Both the position numbers and the translations under genes were made by a program. The notes under the pieces are model-generated. The model saw nothing but the letters and a program-made list of their open reading frames with translations. It searched no databases and had not been told where the DNA came from. Positions 22,175 through 35,200 of a stretch of 64,000 bases of DNA are shown here, in pieces. The DNA is from Plasmodiophora brassicae (lineage: Eukaryota). The DNA lies in the NCBI GenBank assembly GCA_036867785.1, contig CP145416.1, positions 310,001 to 374,000 on the forward strand, written 5' to 3'. Numbering within the stretch: the stretch's first letter is position 1; every line of letters starts with the position of its first letter.

Positions 22175-24837
22175 ATGCCCGGCGCTCGCCAGCCGCTGCT
22201 AGGCGATAGCGGCACCGCGAGGGACCGTCGCCGTCGGCAGATTATGGTCCGCCTTCTGATCGTGCTCGTCGGGGTCGCGATATGCGCGCTGCTGTTCGTT
22301 GTCGTCGTGGAAATATTCCGGGCGGAGCCCATCGATCGCAGCGGTATATCAGCGCTAGCCGTGGACGAGAGGGACTCCTCCAACTGACCGTCGTGTAGAC
22401 TGGATCGACATGCTGCTCGATGTGCCAGATCCGGATCGAGCCCAGGCGCACATGCACGCTCTGACTGCGAACCAGTCCCTAGCGGGCAGCGCAGGTGACC
22501 TTCCCCTCGCCATGTACGTGGCCAACAGGCTGCGGTCCTGGCGAGTACCGGACGTCACCGTGCACGAATACAAAGTTCTGCTCTCGTACCCGTTGCACAT
22601 CTCCCTGGACATTGTTGAACCGGGAACGGGCCGATCCCTGCGCTCGTTCGACCTCGTTGAGCCTCGGGTCGACGGTGTCCCTCCTCCTACGACTGGGCCA
22701 TACGTCGCGTATTCCGGATCGGTATCCTCCCCTGGCACGGTGCCCTGCCAGTGTTCTCACGGGGGCGTTGGGTTTTCAGGGCAAGGTGACCGCCCCGCTC
22801 GTGTTCCTGAATTACGCTCGTCGCTCCGATTTCCACGCGCTCCGAGACGCTGGCGTCGACCTTCGCGGACGCATCGGCATCGCCCGGTACGGGCGGTCAT
22901 TCCGCGGCCTGAAGGCCATGCTCGCCGAACAGCACGGCATGGTTGGCCTGGTCCTCTATTCCGGTTCGTGATGGACGCGTCGCCCGGCCTGCTCTGTCTG
23001 CGACGTTCTGACGGGTGCCCCCGCACAGATCCGGCCGATGACGGTTCGCTGCGCGGCAAGACGTTCCCCGATGGAGCATGGCGCCCGCCCGGTGCAGTCC
23101 AGGGCGGCAGCGCCATGTTCATCTCGTTGTTCTCGGGCGACCCGTTGACGCCGGGCATTGCTGCCGTTCCCGACCTGGACCCGCGGCGACGTAAATTCTC
23201 GGCGTCATCGTCGCCGGTCCTGCCTCGGATCCCCATCGTTGCCATCGGGTACGGCAACGCCGGGCCCCTGCTGGCGTCGCTGCGCGGCCCACGTGTGCCG
23301 AACGATTGGCGGGACGCCATGGCGACTCGCATCGGCCCTGGGTCCGACCTGGTGCAGCTGAACGTCCAGATGGATCGCTCGCTCCAGCCGATCTACAATG
23401 TGGTCGGCACGTTCCCAGGCGCCATTGAACCCGACCGGCGCGTCCTGCTCGGCAACCACAGAGACGCCTGGGTCTATGGGGCGGTCGATCCTCATTCGGG
23501 GACGTCCGCGTTCCTGGAGATGTCGCGCGCGTTCGCTTCCCTGTACGAACGGGGATGGCGGCCCCGCCGAACGCTCCAGCTGTGCTCATGGGACGCCGAG
23601 GAGTTCGGCCTGGTCGGGTCGACCGAGTTCGCTGAACAATTTGCGGACGATCTCAGGCAGGAGGCGATCGCCTACATCAACACGTACTGGCTCGATTCGA
23701 CAGTACGGCCCGCTGCGTTCTGACGACGCAGCCTGGCTTGTGCAGAGACGTCGGAGTGATGAGCACGTCGGCGTTCCTGGCGCAAGCTAGCCCGTCCCTG
23801 CAACCGGTCATCGAGTTCGCGACAAAGCTTGTTCGGAACCCGCACGCCAATGCGACGTATGCGACCGCCTGCCTCTCGATTTGGACACGTTTCTGATCTG
23901 GACTTCGCTCGGCAGGATCTACGACCAGTGGGAGTCGTTCGGCAAGGATGGGCCTCGCGGTGTCGTAGGCGCGCTCGGTTCCGGGTCTGACTACACGCCT
24001 TTCCTGCAATTCCTCGGTGTCGCATCTGCCGACATCTCGTTTGGCGATCGGTCATCGCGATATGGCGTCAGGCGCCCGCATCGCAACGTACCGGATGCGT
24101 CTAAGAATGTTGGTAGGTATACCATTCTTCGTACGATTCCGCCATATGGTATGGTCGGTTCGGCGATCCCGACTACACGTACACGGCCGCGTTAGCTCGT
24201 GTGTGGGGCGTTATCGCCTTAGAGCTCGTTGATCGAGGTATGATCGCACGCGCGCGTATACGTCCAGGGGTGACGACGAACCTGACGTCTCCGTCGTTAG
24301 CGGTTATCCCTATTCGGATACAGGCGTACGCGTCGACACTGGCAAGTTACATCGCAAAGCTTAACGAGGGTTACCCTGGGCAGCTGCCCATGCGCGTCCT
24401 CTCTGAGTGCCTAATGAAGTTCGCACAAGCGGCCAAGCACACTGACCAGGAGGCCGATACTCTCGACCGATTGACGCGTCTGTCTGCGACCGTGCGCGAC
24501 TCCAAGGACGCCCATCTTCGTCACCTCAATGATCGACTAGCGTTAGAGCGGTGCCCAATGCGATATACCAGGGACGCTTACAATCTGGCATAGGTTTGTC
24601 GAACGCGAGTTCACGTCATCCATCGCGTTGCCTGGTAGAACGGAAACGTACTACCGGCACGTCGTCTACGCCCCTGGGCTCTACGAAGGATACGCCGCCA
24701 CGACGCTCCCAGGGATCACAATGGCCCTGGAGGAACGCAACGAAACGATGTTGATCGAACAAGTCGCCATTTTCATAGAGCGCGTCACAAGGGCGAGCGC
24801 AATGCTGAACATGGTGTCCCCCGGGGGCGGCGGTTGA
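22175..24837 (+). CDS. Glutamate carboxypeptidase II / M28 peptidase (type II membrane; PA and TfR-dimer domains), multi-exon
   Basis: N-terminal TM, IARYG..FRGLK, GDPLTPG, GNHRDAWVYGAVDPHSGT, SWDAEEFGLVGSTE, GSGSDYTPF, YHSSYD and YRHVVYAPG. Confidence 0.92.
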
Positions 24838-24969
24838 TTCTGTGTAGCAACAAGGAGCCTCCGTCCGCATAACAACGGTCAAGAATATTCATTGTGTCCG
24901 GTTGACCGATGGCATGGGTGGGACGCGTCTAGGTGGAAATTGTAGGCCGTGCTACGACCGTGGCCTTTA

Positions 24970-27535
24970 TTACTGCACGTAACTGTTCGTGCTCCCCTTC
25001 AACTCGGCCTGTCCCCGAGCGAGGTTCTTGGACGCGCGGGCAATCACGTTCGTCGTGAAGAAATTGTCCAAGTTCTTGGCGATCGGGCCCGGCTGGATCT
25101 TGCCAGACGACGGAACGTCAGTCCAGGGAGAAATCGTCCGCGCTGGGTCGATGTTGTCCAGGGACATCATGTGCGGGGCGACCTTGCCCAATCGTTCCCG
25201 CACGTCGTCGATGGAATCATAAGGAAGCGTAGATCCAACACCGGCAACTTCCGACAGCGCCCTGATAATCGTCCAGTCGTCACGGGCGAGCCCGATTGGC
25301 GTCGTCGCCGCGGTTGTCAGTTGCGGGCGCCCTTCAGTGTTCACGAAGATGCCGCTCGATTCGGTGTAGGCCGTGGAAGGAAGAATGACGGATGCACGAG
25401 ACGCTCCGCGCTCGCCGTGATGCCCTGAGTACACACAATCAGAAGAGGCCAGGTTGAACAGGATGTATCGTACCTTGGTACACAACGAACGCATCCTGAG
25501 GAATCTGAGAATCATCGAAGTCATCGGCACCGAGAAGGTACACGAATTTGCCAGAAGATGGAGGTCCAGTTCGGACGAGGCCGAGATCCAGCGCAGCCGC
25601 TCGCCCTGCCTGTAGCTGGAGGACATTCACACCCATCCAATCCGGGGCGAATAGCGACGGGGAACGCTTGGCAAGACGATCGAGAGCCGCGCGAACGGCG
25701 TCGAAATCCTTCCGGTGCAGGATCGCTTGGCCGAGGATGATCATCGGCCTCTGCGCCTTCGCAAATGCCTCGGACAGGGGGTGCTTGCCGTCCGCGATCT
25801 TATCAAGGAGCGTCAGGTCGTCGCCGAGCTGCTCGCACGCGCCGGTAACATCATGGTATTGCGGCCCAATGGACGCCAAACGTGGCGTCGATCCCGTTGC
25901 CAGCAGGCATCGTCTGATTCGCGCGTTCAGGACCGGGGCTTCCATGCGGATGTTCGTGCCAACGAAAAGAACGAGGTCGGCGACGTCAATGCCAGCGATC
26001 GTGCTGTTGAACAGGTAGCCGCTGCGCAGGTCAGCGGACGTGCCGTCGCTTGTCTCCCTGCATTCGACGTCGTCGCAGCCCATGGAGTTCATCCAGTCCT
26101 TCAGGCAGATCATTGCTTCCGCCTGCCCAAGCCGCCGTTACCGCACGACTCCAAGACTTGATGCCGAACTTACAGTGGCAAGATTTCCGACGAGCGCTCT
26201 GACATCCTTCTGGGGATTGACTTTCTGCAGGGCTTCCGCGATAACCTCGAACGCCTCCGCCCAGACGACAGGCGTCAGCTCGCCTACAGGTTCCAGTCAG
26301 GAACCCGTGCGCATACCAACGACGCCACCAAAGTCAACCGCTGGCGCTTCGTACGAGCGGTTCGTCAAGACGCTGGACCCGCAGGCCGTCATACGCGAAG
26401 CGGGACCGGTCCGAAATCCATTCTTCGTTAATGTCCTCGTTGACGCGCGGCAGCACGCGCATGACCTGCGACCCGCGAGTGTCAATACGAATCGCGCACC
26501 CAAGCGCATCGTGGACGTCGATTGATTCTGAAGAAGGGGCAAATCACGAACCATGTCAAGAGCCTCCCCGTTCGTTTCGGTTACCGGTCTTCCGCAACTC
26601 CCATGGGCGCGCAGCAAACGCGAACGGCTTCGAAGTCAGGGCGCCGACGGGGCACAAGTCGAACACGTTCCCCGACAGTTCCGAATCTGGTTGACAGTCA
26701 GCGCCGGCTGTAAGCGCTGGACGGGCGAGGAGCTGACCGAATGGCCTCTCAAAGTACGTCCCGATCTCCATCGTGCCGCCGCGCCCCGTGACACCGAGCG
26801 TTGGAACGCCGGCGACCTCATCCGCGTACCGAACGCAACGCGTACAGTGAATGCACCGCGTCATGACGGTCTTCACGAAGGGGCCCAGGTTCTACCAAGT
26901 GGGCGGGGGGAGTAAGCGCCCCGCCGCGCTTGTGCCCAGACAATCGCCGCGCGTTACCTTATCCTCTACGGTGCGCTTCCACTCCCGGTACCGTCCGCGG
27001 TCACTCCCGTACGACATGGACAGGTCCTGCAAATCGCATTCGCCGCCCTGGTCGCAGATCGGGCAATCCAGGGGATGGTTGATCAGCAGAAATTCCATAA
27101 CGCCTTCGCGCGCCTTCTTCACGAGGGGCGTGTCGGTCTTGATGACCATGCCAGGCAGCAGGGGCATGGCGCACGATGCAACCGGCTTGGGCGACTTGGC
27201 AATCTACGAAGAGCGACCCGTGAACCGGGGGCGCGGCACACGCCCCCCGATCGCGCATCACCTACCTCCACCAGACACATCCTGCAGTTGCCGGCGATGG
27301 ACAGCCGAGGATGGTAGCAGAATCGCGGGATGACCGCGCCGGCCTCCTCGCAGGCTTGCAGTACGGTCATGCTCTTATCGCAGACCACGTCCCTGCCGTC
27401 GACGTTGACCGTGATGGTCTGCGACGGCGGCGGCGCCTGCGGCTTCGGGGCCGCCGGCGCCCCCGTCGTGGCGACCCGCACACGACGACCCGGCCGCCAG
27501 GCCGCCCGCCATCCGCGCCCACCTAACGACAGCAT
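24970..27535 (-). CDS. NDUFS1: NADH:ubiquinone oxidoreductase 75 kDa subunit, nucleus-encoded, multi-exon
   Basis: Presequence [14 protein letters not shown], then [68 protein letters not shown] and VNTEGR. Confidence 0.96.
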
Positions 27536-27694
27536 ATCGGGACGCGGGCCTCGTCGCGGGATCCTCCGTCGAACCGTGCGGCTGGCGTGCTCTCCCACTC
27601 TGCCTCGCCTCTCGACCACGTCACAAAATACAAATTCGTCGAAAACGAATCCCCCGCGCCGCCGCCCGTGGCACCCACTGGCGTCATCAGATCG

Positions 27695-28040
27695 GCTGCA
27701 ACAAAGGCTGCCAGGTCTGCAGCCATTATTGCATCCCACTTTTGCAGCCGGTTGTAGCCAAATCTGCAGCCGGCTGTAGCCAAATCTGCAGCCCTTGCAG
27801 CCGATCGTAGCCAACAGACAGCCGATCGTCCCGATGGTGCAGCCGATCGCCCCCAGTTTTGCAGCCAATTATTCTGCAGTCGAATGCAGCTCACCTGCAG
27901 CCGATCGTCCCCGGTGTTGCAGCCCATTCTGCAGCCGATTGCAGCTAATCTGCAGCTCATTCTGCAGCCAACCCACAGCCGATTGCAGCTAATTGTGCAG
28001 CTGACCGCCCTCCAATTCTGCAGCCGATTGCAGCCGCTTG
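27695..28040. repeat. Degenerate array of TGCAGC(C/T)-cored short units
   Basis: Roughly 20 same-orientation TGCAGCC/TGCAGCT/TGTAGCC cores spaced about 10-20 bp apart, e.g. TTGTAGCCAAATCTGCAGCCGGCTGTAGCCAAATCTGCAGCC. Confidence 0.8.
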
Positions 28041-28172
28041 AGGCTGCGTCAACTTGGATCGACTCGTCTTGCAAATTCATCACCTTGCAGGGCTGGATTC
28101 GCGTTTGGAATGTCCTGCATTTTTTACCATAGGCGACGATTCGGACTTGGTTCCAGCGCTGCAATGATCTGC

Positions 28173-29852
28173 GCGCAACGCGTCGTGAACGCCGAAGTGT
28201 ATCATGAAACGGGTCGGTTGCTCTGTTCGCTTCGTTCTCCGCACCCAGCTAGCATGCTGCAATGATGGCCGACGTCGACCGGGCGGCGGAAGGGCAGCGA
28301 CGTCTCCCGTCGATGTGCGATTCGACGCGATCGGAGGTCCCCCACACGGAGAACAGCTGGACGGGTCCCGAGGACGTCAAGGCGTACCCACTGTTTGTTG
28401 AAATCGCGACGTCCATGACGGATAATTTGCATTTCGACATGGCTGGCTGGCTGGTTTCGGGGCTAACGGAACGCTCAATGGTTCTGGATGTCGGTGCAGG
28501 TGCGCTCGAAGAGATGGACCGGCGCCTCCGGGGGCATGGGTTCTATTTGATCGCGCGCGAGACCGGCCAGCTGGCGTCGATGAGGCCGTTTGGGCACGTT
28601 GTCGCGCAGGGACAGATGGGCGTCTGCAACTGTTAAAAATCTCCCTCGAATGGCTCTAGGACCGGGGCGGTTCGCCATCTCACGTGCTTCATTGCATACC
28701 TTTGCGCTGATATCTCCGACGCCGACCAGCGACCGGAGATATCGCTGGCGTGGGCCTCAGCCTCGTCATTATTATTTCACCAAACAAGATTTGTAATTTG
28801 GTCGTACCGACTCTAGGGTTCTGGCGGAGGTGTTCATTCAATTATGGGGCGAGACTGCCTTGCGGTCCCGATGCTGCCGTCGGCTGTGCTGGCGCTGCAT
28901 CGAGATGTTCCAGTATATCATGGTGCGCGACAGCCAGGAGGTCACGGTGCTGCCGACGGCTCTGCAGACACTGCAGCAGGACGATGAGGAGGGAGGTCCC
29001 ACTATCGATACAGCGATTAGTGGATAGAATCGCTGTATCGATAGTGGGGATCGCTGTATCGATAGTGGGACCTCCCTCCTCATCGTCCTCCTGCAGTGTC
29101 TGCAGAGCCGACGGCAGCACCGTGACCTCCTGGCTGTCGCGCACCATGAGATACTGGAACATCTTGATGCAGCGCCAGCACAGCCGACGGCAGCATCGGG
29201 ACCGCAAGGCAGTCTCGCTCCATAATTGAATGAACACCTCCGCCAGAACCCTAGAGTCGGTACGACCAAATTACAAATCTTGTTTGGTGAATAATAATGA
29301 CGAGACGACCTCGCTGGCACTAGTCCCGGCCCGCTGGTGAACAGTACTGTAGTGTCGGGTGTCTAGTACATAGAATTAAGGTGTCGTGCTGGTGCCCCAG
29401 GTCACGGGCGCTGGAATCTGCATTCGCGCGGTGCAGGCAGCCAGGTCATGGGTGCGAGCGCCAGCCCACCGGCATGTAAGGCGCTGAATACCTGAGGGCC
29501 GAGGACGACGATGGCCCGCGAACCGCGAGCCTGCGCACCCGTCAGGCCGAGAGATGAGAACGGTTCCAGGTGGTTGATGAGGCCCACGCCAGCGATATCT
29601 CCGGTCGCTGGTCGGCATCGGAGATATCAGCGCCGTATCAAAGGTATGCATTGAAGCACGTGGGCCAGTACTCAGCATAATGGCGAACCGCCCCGGTCCT
29701 AGAATCGCACGTCGACGGGAGACGTCGCTACCCTTCCGCCGCCAGGTCGACGTCGGCCATCATTGCGTCATGCTAGCTGGGTGCGGAGCACGAAGCGAAC
29801 AGAGCAACCGACCCGTTTCATGATACACTTCGGCGTTCACGACGCGTTGCGC
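28173..29852. repeat. Nested inverted repeat (fold-back) of ~1.7 kb
   Basis: Reverse-complement pairs: 28173-28323 with ~29702-29852, 28657-28759 with ~29578-29701, and 28762-29017 with 29050-29304. Confidence 0.95.
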
Positions 29853-30021
29853 AGTCGTCGCGTACGAGGGGGGGTATACTCGTCGGTCGCCCATGGCCAG
29901 CTAGGTACAGTCAGCCCGAGCGGGATCCAGGGCACGCAGCGATACGCAAACGCATGCGACAGACGCATGTGGGGCGAACAAGTCGCGATCGACTAAATCT
30001 GTAGTGCGACATGAGCACGAC

Positions 30022-31838
30022 CTATAACGTCGTGTCGAAGGCGTCGACTAATAGTTCTCTGGCGTCGAGGTCGCTTCTGAGCGACCTCGTGGAGAGTTCG
30101 CTCTTGAGCGAGGTCGGGGACGCCGGTTTCATGGCAGTCTGGGCGGCAGCCAGCAGCGCCGTCGCTTCTGCGAGCGATCGTTGCAGGTCGGCGACCTGCT
30201 GCTGTAGGAGCCGGATGTGGGTGTCCTTCGACGCCAGGCCCTGTGCGTCGTGGTCGTTTCGATGGCGGAGCTGCGACGTCAGCAGGCGGGCCTTCCGCAC
30301 CCAGCGGAACCGCTCTTCGCGCAGCGTCAGAAGCGCTTGCTCGGCCAGCTGTCGTTGCGCGCTGAGCTCTTCAGCGCATCGTTGGTGGTCCGCGGGTTGG
30401 GCCTCGCTGATGTCGCTACGGGGCGGCGGCTCCGACGGCGCCGCCCTCCCGGGGACGTCGTCACGCGATGCTTCTCGCAATGTGGACACCTCGGTGCGCA
30501 GCCGCTCGATCTCTTTCTCGAGCGCGTCCGTCCGCGGCGAATGCCGCTCCAGCAACCCGCTGTTGATCGAGTCGGCCCGGCGAAGTTTCCTTTCGTCCAG
30601 GTGGGACAAGTCGGACACGTGTCGTCGATGCCGCGAAACGCGCCCGGACTCGTCGCGACCCTGGACAGACGACGCTGCATCGTCAAACGGTACCGAATCC
30701 GTCGTCGTCGTCGTCGGCGCGCGGCTCAGTGGCTGGCGCACGAGACGCGCGTCACTCGGCAATGCATAGATCTCCATGGCCGACGGCTCGGAATAGAGCA
30801 CGAAGATGGCCGAGTTCGCACCGGAACATACGGTCGATATCACAGCGCGCCGTCCTGGCTGCCCATCCACCATCTGAACCGGGGCGCTCCCATCAGTCAC
30901 GGGCGGGCGTACGACCCGTCCACTGGGACGATATTACGTTGAGGTCCACGAACCCATAGCTGGCTCTGTTGACGGCGTTCCAGCAGTGAACGTCGTTGTG
31001 GGAGTCCAGCGACCAGACGTGGGATCCGTGGCTGACCAGCGACACGATCGGTTGCGAATGCACGTTCAGGACCTGCACGACCGTCTTCTGCGCCGTATCC
31101 CACACAGCCATCGACCCGTCCTGCTGTCCAGAGAACACGGCCGTCGTCGTCGCCAGCACGCAGCGCACCGGCAATCGCGTCCGCCCTCCCGGGCGCCTGG
31201 GCACCGCCAGCCGGTGCAGGATCTCACCCGTCCCGACGTCGAACACAATGAGTCCAGCGTCGCAGGCCGCCCAGACCTCGTCGTCGCCGACCAGCGCCAG
31301 GTCGCGCGCGAAGTCGTCCTGGGCCACCCGCAATGTGACGCCGCCCTGCAGGTCGCGTTGTGTCGTCACCCTGGCGCGTAACACGTTTGGTCAGTACAGG
31401 CGCCCGGCTGGCCACCGCCGCAGCGAGCACAACCGACCCGTTGGAGTCGATGGTCCAGATGGCACTGGGGGCGATGCAGATCCGGGTGACGGCGTGGCGG
31501 CTCTTCGGGACGTGCACGAGCCGTGTCGTGCCGTGCACGTCCCAGGCGCCGAGCTCGCCGTCGCCCATGGCGATCCAGACGCGATGCAGGGGCGCCTGGA
31601 GCGCGATGGCGGTGACCGGGTGCAGGGCGGCCGGCGCCGATTGCGGCACCGGGAACAGCTTACGCAGGAGCTGGCCGGACGAGGCATGCCGGATCGAGAT
31701 GAGGCCGGACGCCGACCCGATCCAGATCGCGTTGCCAATGCGGCACGACGTTATCTGGCGTCCGGCCAGGCGCGTCTGCTTCACCAATTCGTAGTGACGG
31801 CTGAGGGTCCTGGACGGCGTCTTTCGATGCGTCGGCAT
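30022..31838 (-). CDS. Beta-propeller (WD40-like) protein with C-terminal coiled coil, multi-exon
   Basis: IWIGSASGLISIR, VWIAMGDGELGAWD and VFSGQQDGSMAVWD, followed by heptad-rich LEKEIERLRTEVSTLRE and LLQQQVADLQRSL. Confidence 0.7.
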
Positions 31839-32282
31839 CCTTGAGGGAGCCCCTCCGACCGTCTTGCCGTCGCCAGCAGGCGTACGTCTTCCTGTACACG
31901 ATCCCCCCAATGTAATATCTGCCTGCCCGAGCCTAACTTCAGGGAAACCGTCCCAATCCAGCGGGGGCACGGGTCCCAAGGATTTTATTCAGTACGCTGC
32001 GCTGGCGTCATGTGTGTGCAGGACCCTCCTGTCCTACCGAGTGGCACACCCGCCACAGCAGACCTGCGTCGCGCGCGACCAATGGAGGCAGATGCCGATT
32101 GGGCACCTGTCATCGACAGATTGATCTGCGCATTGGTTCGCGAATGTGCATGGCGTCACCCGGAATCGGTCGTCCACGCGAACCAGGTGACCTTCCGCGC
32201 CATTTGCGGTTTGAATTGGGTTTCAAAACGCCGTTATAGTATCTTTGCCGCATTCATACCTAGTCCTTGCTGTCGCTCCGCC

Positions 32283-35200
32283 ATGGCGCTGCCGTTCTAT
32301 AGCTCTTTCACAGCCCTGCTGTGGAAGAACTGGGTCACGAAGCGGCGAGCTCCGGTCGGATTGCTGATCAAGATGTTCCTCATCGTGCTCTGGTCGCTGG
32401 CGACGAGCTACGCAATTCACGGCCTCGTATCCAAGCAACAGTTACTTGAGGATGCCATCCAGGAGATGAAGATGATGCTGTCGGGCACGGCCGCGGTGAT
32501 GGCGTTGGTCTTCATGTTCATCGTCCTAGAGGTCGTCGGGCTCGTCGTGGAAGAGAAGACGACTCGGAACCGCGAACAGCTTCGGATCATCGGCGTACCT
32601 GAATCGGCGATCGCCACGTCGTGGATTGTGCTCTACGCCCTCATTGTCGTGGTCATTGGCGTGTGCACCTGCGTCGGCGGTCTCCTGTTGTCCAACGTCA
32701 CCGCTCTCGGCTTCTGGGGTTTCGTCACTCTGCACATGATAGCCCTGGGCCCATTCGCGTATTTTCTCTCGTAACGTTCGCGTTTCGTTTGCCGCTCCAT
32801 CCGTATCTGACTGCATATGCCGCAGGGCCTTCTTTGACAACCCAAAGTTAGCGGCATTCTCGGCGTTCATCCTCTATCTACTGCCCGTTGCGCTGCCTGT
32901 CATGGCCAGTATGAGATTCCACAAGTACAATTCCCTGAAAGCCGACGTGCTGGACGCACTGTGCACCGCCACGAACGTTCTTCGATTCTTTCATCCTTCG
33001 ATCGCGTTAGGGGCGTCGATGTCCAGCGCGCCGGCGACCATCTTCTTCGACAACACGACGGATACCATGGACGTGCTCCTGGAGATTGTCATCCCGGTCG
33101 CACATTCCATCATCTACACCCTGCTTGGCGTCTACCTGAACCGCGTCCTGCCATCCAGGTACGGCGCGTCAGCGTCCTGGTTGTACCCGTTGAAGGCACT
33201 GTTCGGCGGCCATAACACCAAATCCCATCACGAAGCCGCTCCTCCCGTTGTCCCAACGGGTACCGATCCGACCCGTTTCGAGTCGGTCGACCACTCGACC
33301 CGGACGGTGGGTGTCAGCGTTCGCGACCTGCGCAAGGAGTACAACGGCGGCGCCATTGTCGCCGTCAATGGTGTCAACCTGGAGATGTTCCAGGGTGAGG
33401 TGTTCGCGTTGCTCGGCCACGTAAGCCATGCCATCTCTGCCCTGAACGCGTTAACAGTACGTAACTGTCAGCTGGCTGTAGAACGGTGCCGGAAAGACCA
33501 CCCTGCTGGAGTGCCTGGCTGGGTCGCATTCGCCGACATCGGGCCAGGCATGGGTCAACGGGTACGAGATCTCGTCCGACATGGACAAGGTTCGTCGCAG
33601 CCTTGGCGTTTGCCCCCAGTTCAGCTCGCTGTACGCGTCGCTGACCGTCCTGGAATCCCTGATGCTCTTCGGGCGCCTGAAGGGACGCAGCGCAGCCGAA
33701 GCGCACCAAGATGCGGTGCAAATCGTGGATGCTCTGGGCCTCACCGACGTGAGCTCTCTTCGGACGCCTGTCCTGTCAGGCGGTCAACAGCGCAAGCTCA
33801 ACGTCGCGCTGTCGTTCACCGGTGGCTCGCGCACCATCATCCTCGACGAGCCATCGTCGGGCATGGATGTTGAATCCCAACTTCAGTTATGGGCAACGAT
33901 CCGCTCCATGAAGCAAGGGCGTACGATCATCCTGACCACGCACAGCATGACGGAGGCGGAGGCGCTCGGCGATCGCATCGCCATCATGTCGGCCGGATCC
34001 GTCCAGTGCCTCGGCACGTCCCTGTTCCTGAAGCGCAACCTCGGCACAGGATACACCTTGTCGCTGTTCGTCGACAATGCCAGTGATGACCAAGTTCAGT
34101 CCTTCGTTTCACGGCATGTCCCAGAAGCCCGTCTCGAAGCGCGATCCGGTGCCGAATTCATCTTCGCCATCCCTCAGGAGGTATGCCAACGCCGCGAATT
34201 AGCTCTGTATGTCAGCGGGGGGTTGACATTCGGGCAACAGGAACCGTCGACAATCGGTGCCCTGCTCACCCAGCTGGAGGCTGCCAAGGAGAATCGCACC
34301 AGCGGCATTGTCGATTACTTCCTGACGCCGTCACGCCTCGAGGACGTCTTCCTTCGCATTGCCCGAGAGCACGAGGAACGTCTGGGTCTGGCCGGCAAGG
34401 AGGTACCCCCGATGCCAGACTTCCAGATCGTCGAGTCCGGCGCCTGGAACCAGATTCTCGTCATGTGCACGTTGCTTCTCTCCGAGTTGAGGTCCGATGT
34501 CGTCCTCTTCCTGTCCCTGGTCCTTCCCGTCGCATTCGCTCTACTGTCCATTGGCTCGCCGTCTCTCTCATCGTTCACCTACTGGCTGTTGTACGCCACT
34601 GTTTTCATTACCAGCGGGGCGAACATTGCCAGCATCAGGGTACGTGCCTGATCTGTCCCCCCGTTGCTGAGTGGCTTCGAAGTCCTGATATCACCTTGCA
34701 GAGCTCCGGGAAGCGCCTGCACATGTCGATCTACGGGATGTCGTTGCCGGTATTCGTCTCGGTCGGCGTGCTGTGGAACACACTTCTCCTCTGTGCTTCG
34801 CTGCTGCTCGTATTCTGCATCCAGTTGGCCAGTTCGACGGTCCCGTTCGCGTTGCACGTCGAACCATTCGTTATGCAGCTCCTCGTCTGCCTGGCCGTCG
34901 CCTCCTTCGGCACGTTCCTGGCGTACGTTTGCAGAAGCGTCGGCGCGCTGCTTGGCACCGCCTCGTTGCTGATCGGCATGGACACGATCATGTGGATCTG
35001 CGACATGATTGCAGCGATAAGTGGTGCGAAGGTTCCACCTGTGCTGTGGGTTGTCCTCGCCGGCATCCACCCGGCATCGTTCTACTCCTGGGTGCCCATC
35101 GCCCGGTTCACCCCGTTAACGCTTGCGCTGATCTTCGCGTCCATGGCGATGTTCTGGGCGACAATGGCCGGCGTCTGCGACTGGATCCTGCTGCACCCTG

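Noticed and set aside
28169-29854. Autonomous DNA transposon
   Set aside because: No transposase motif and no target-site duplication in the flanks (AATGAT vs TCGTCG). Kept only as a fold-back.
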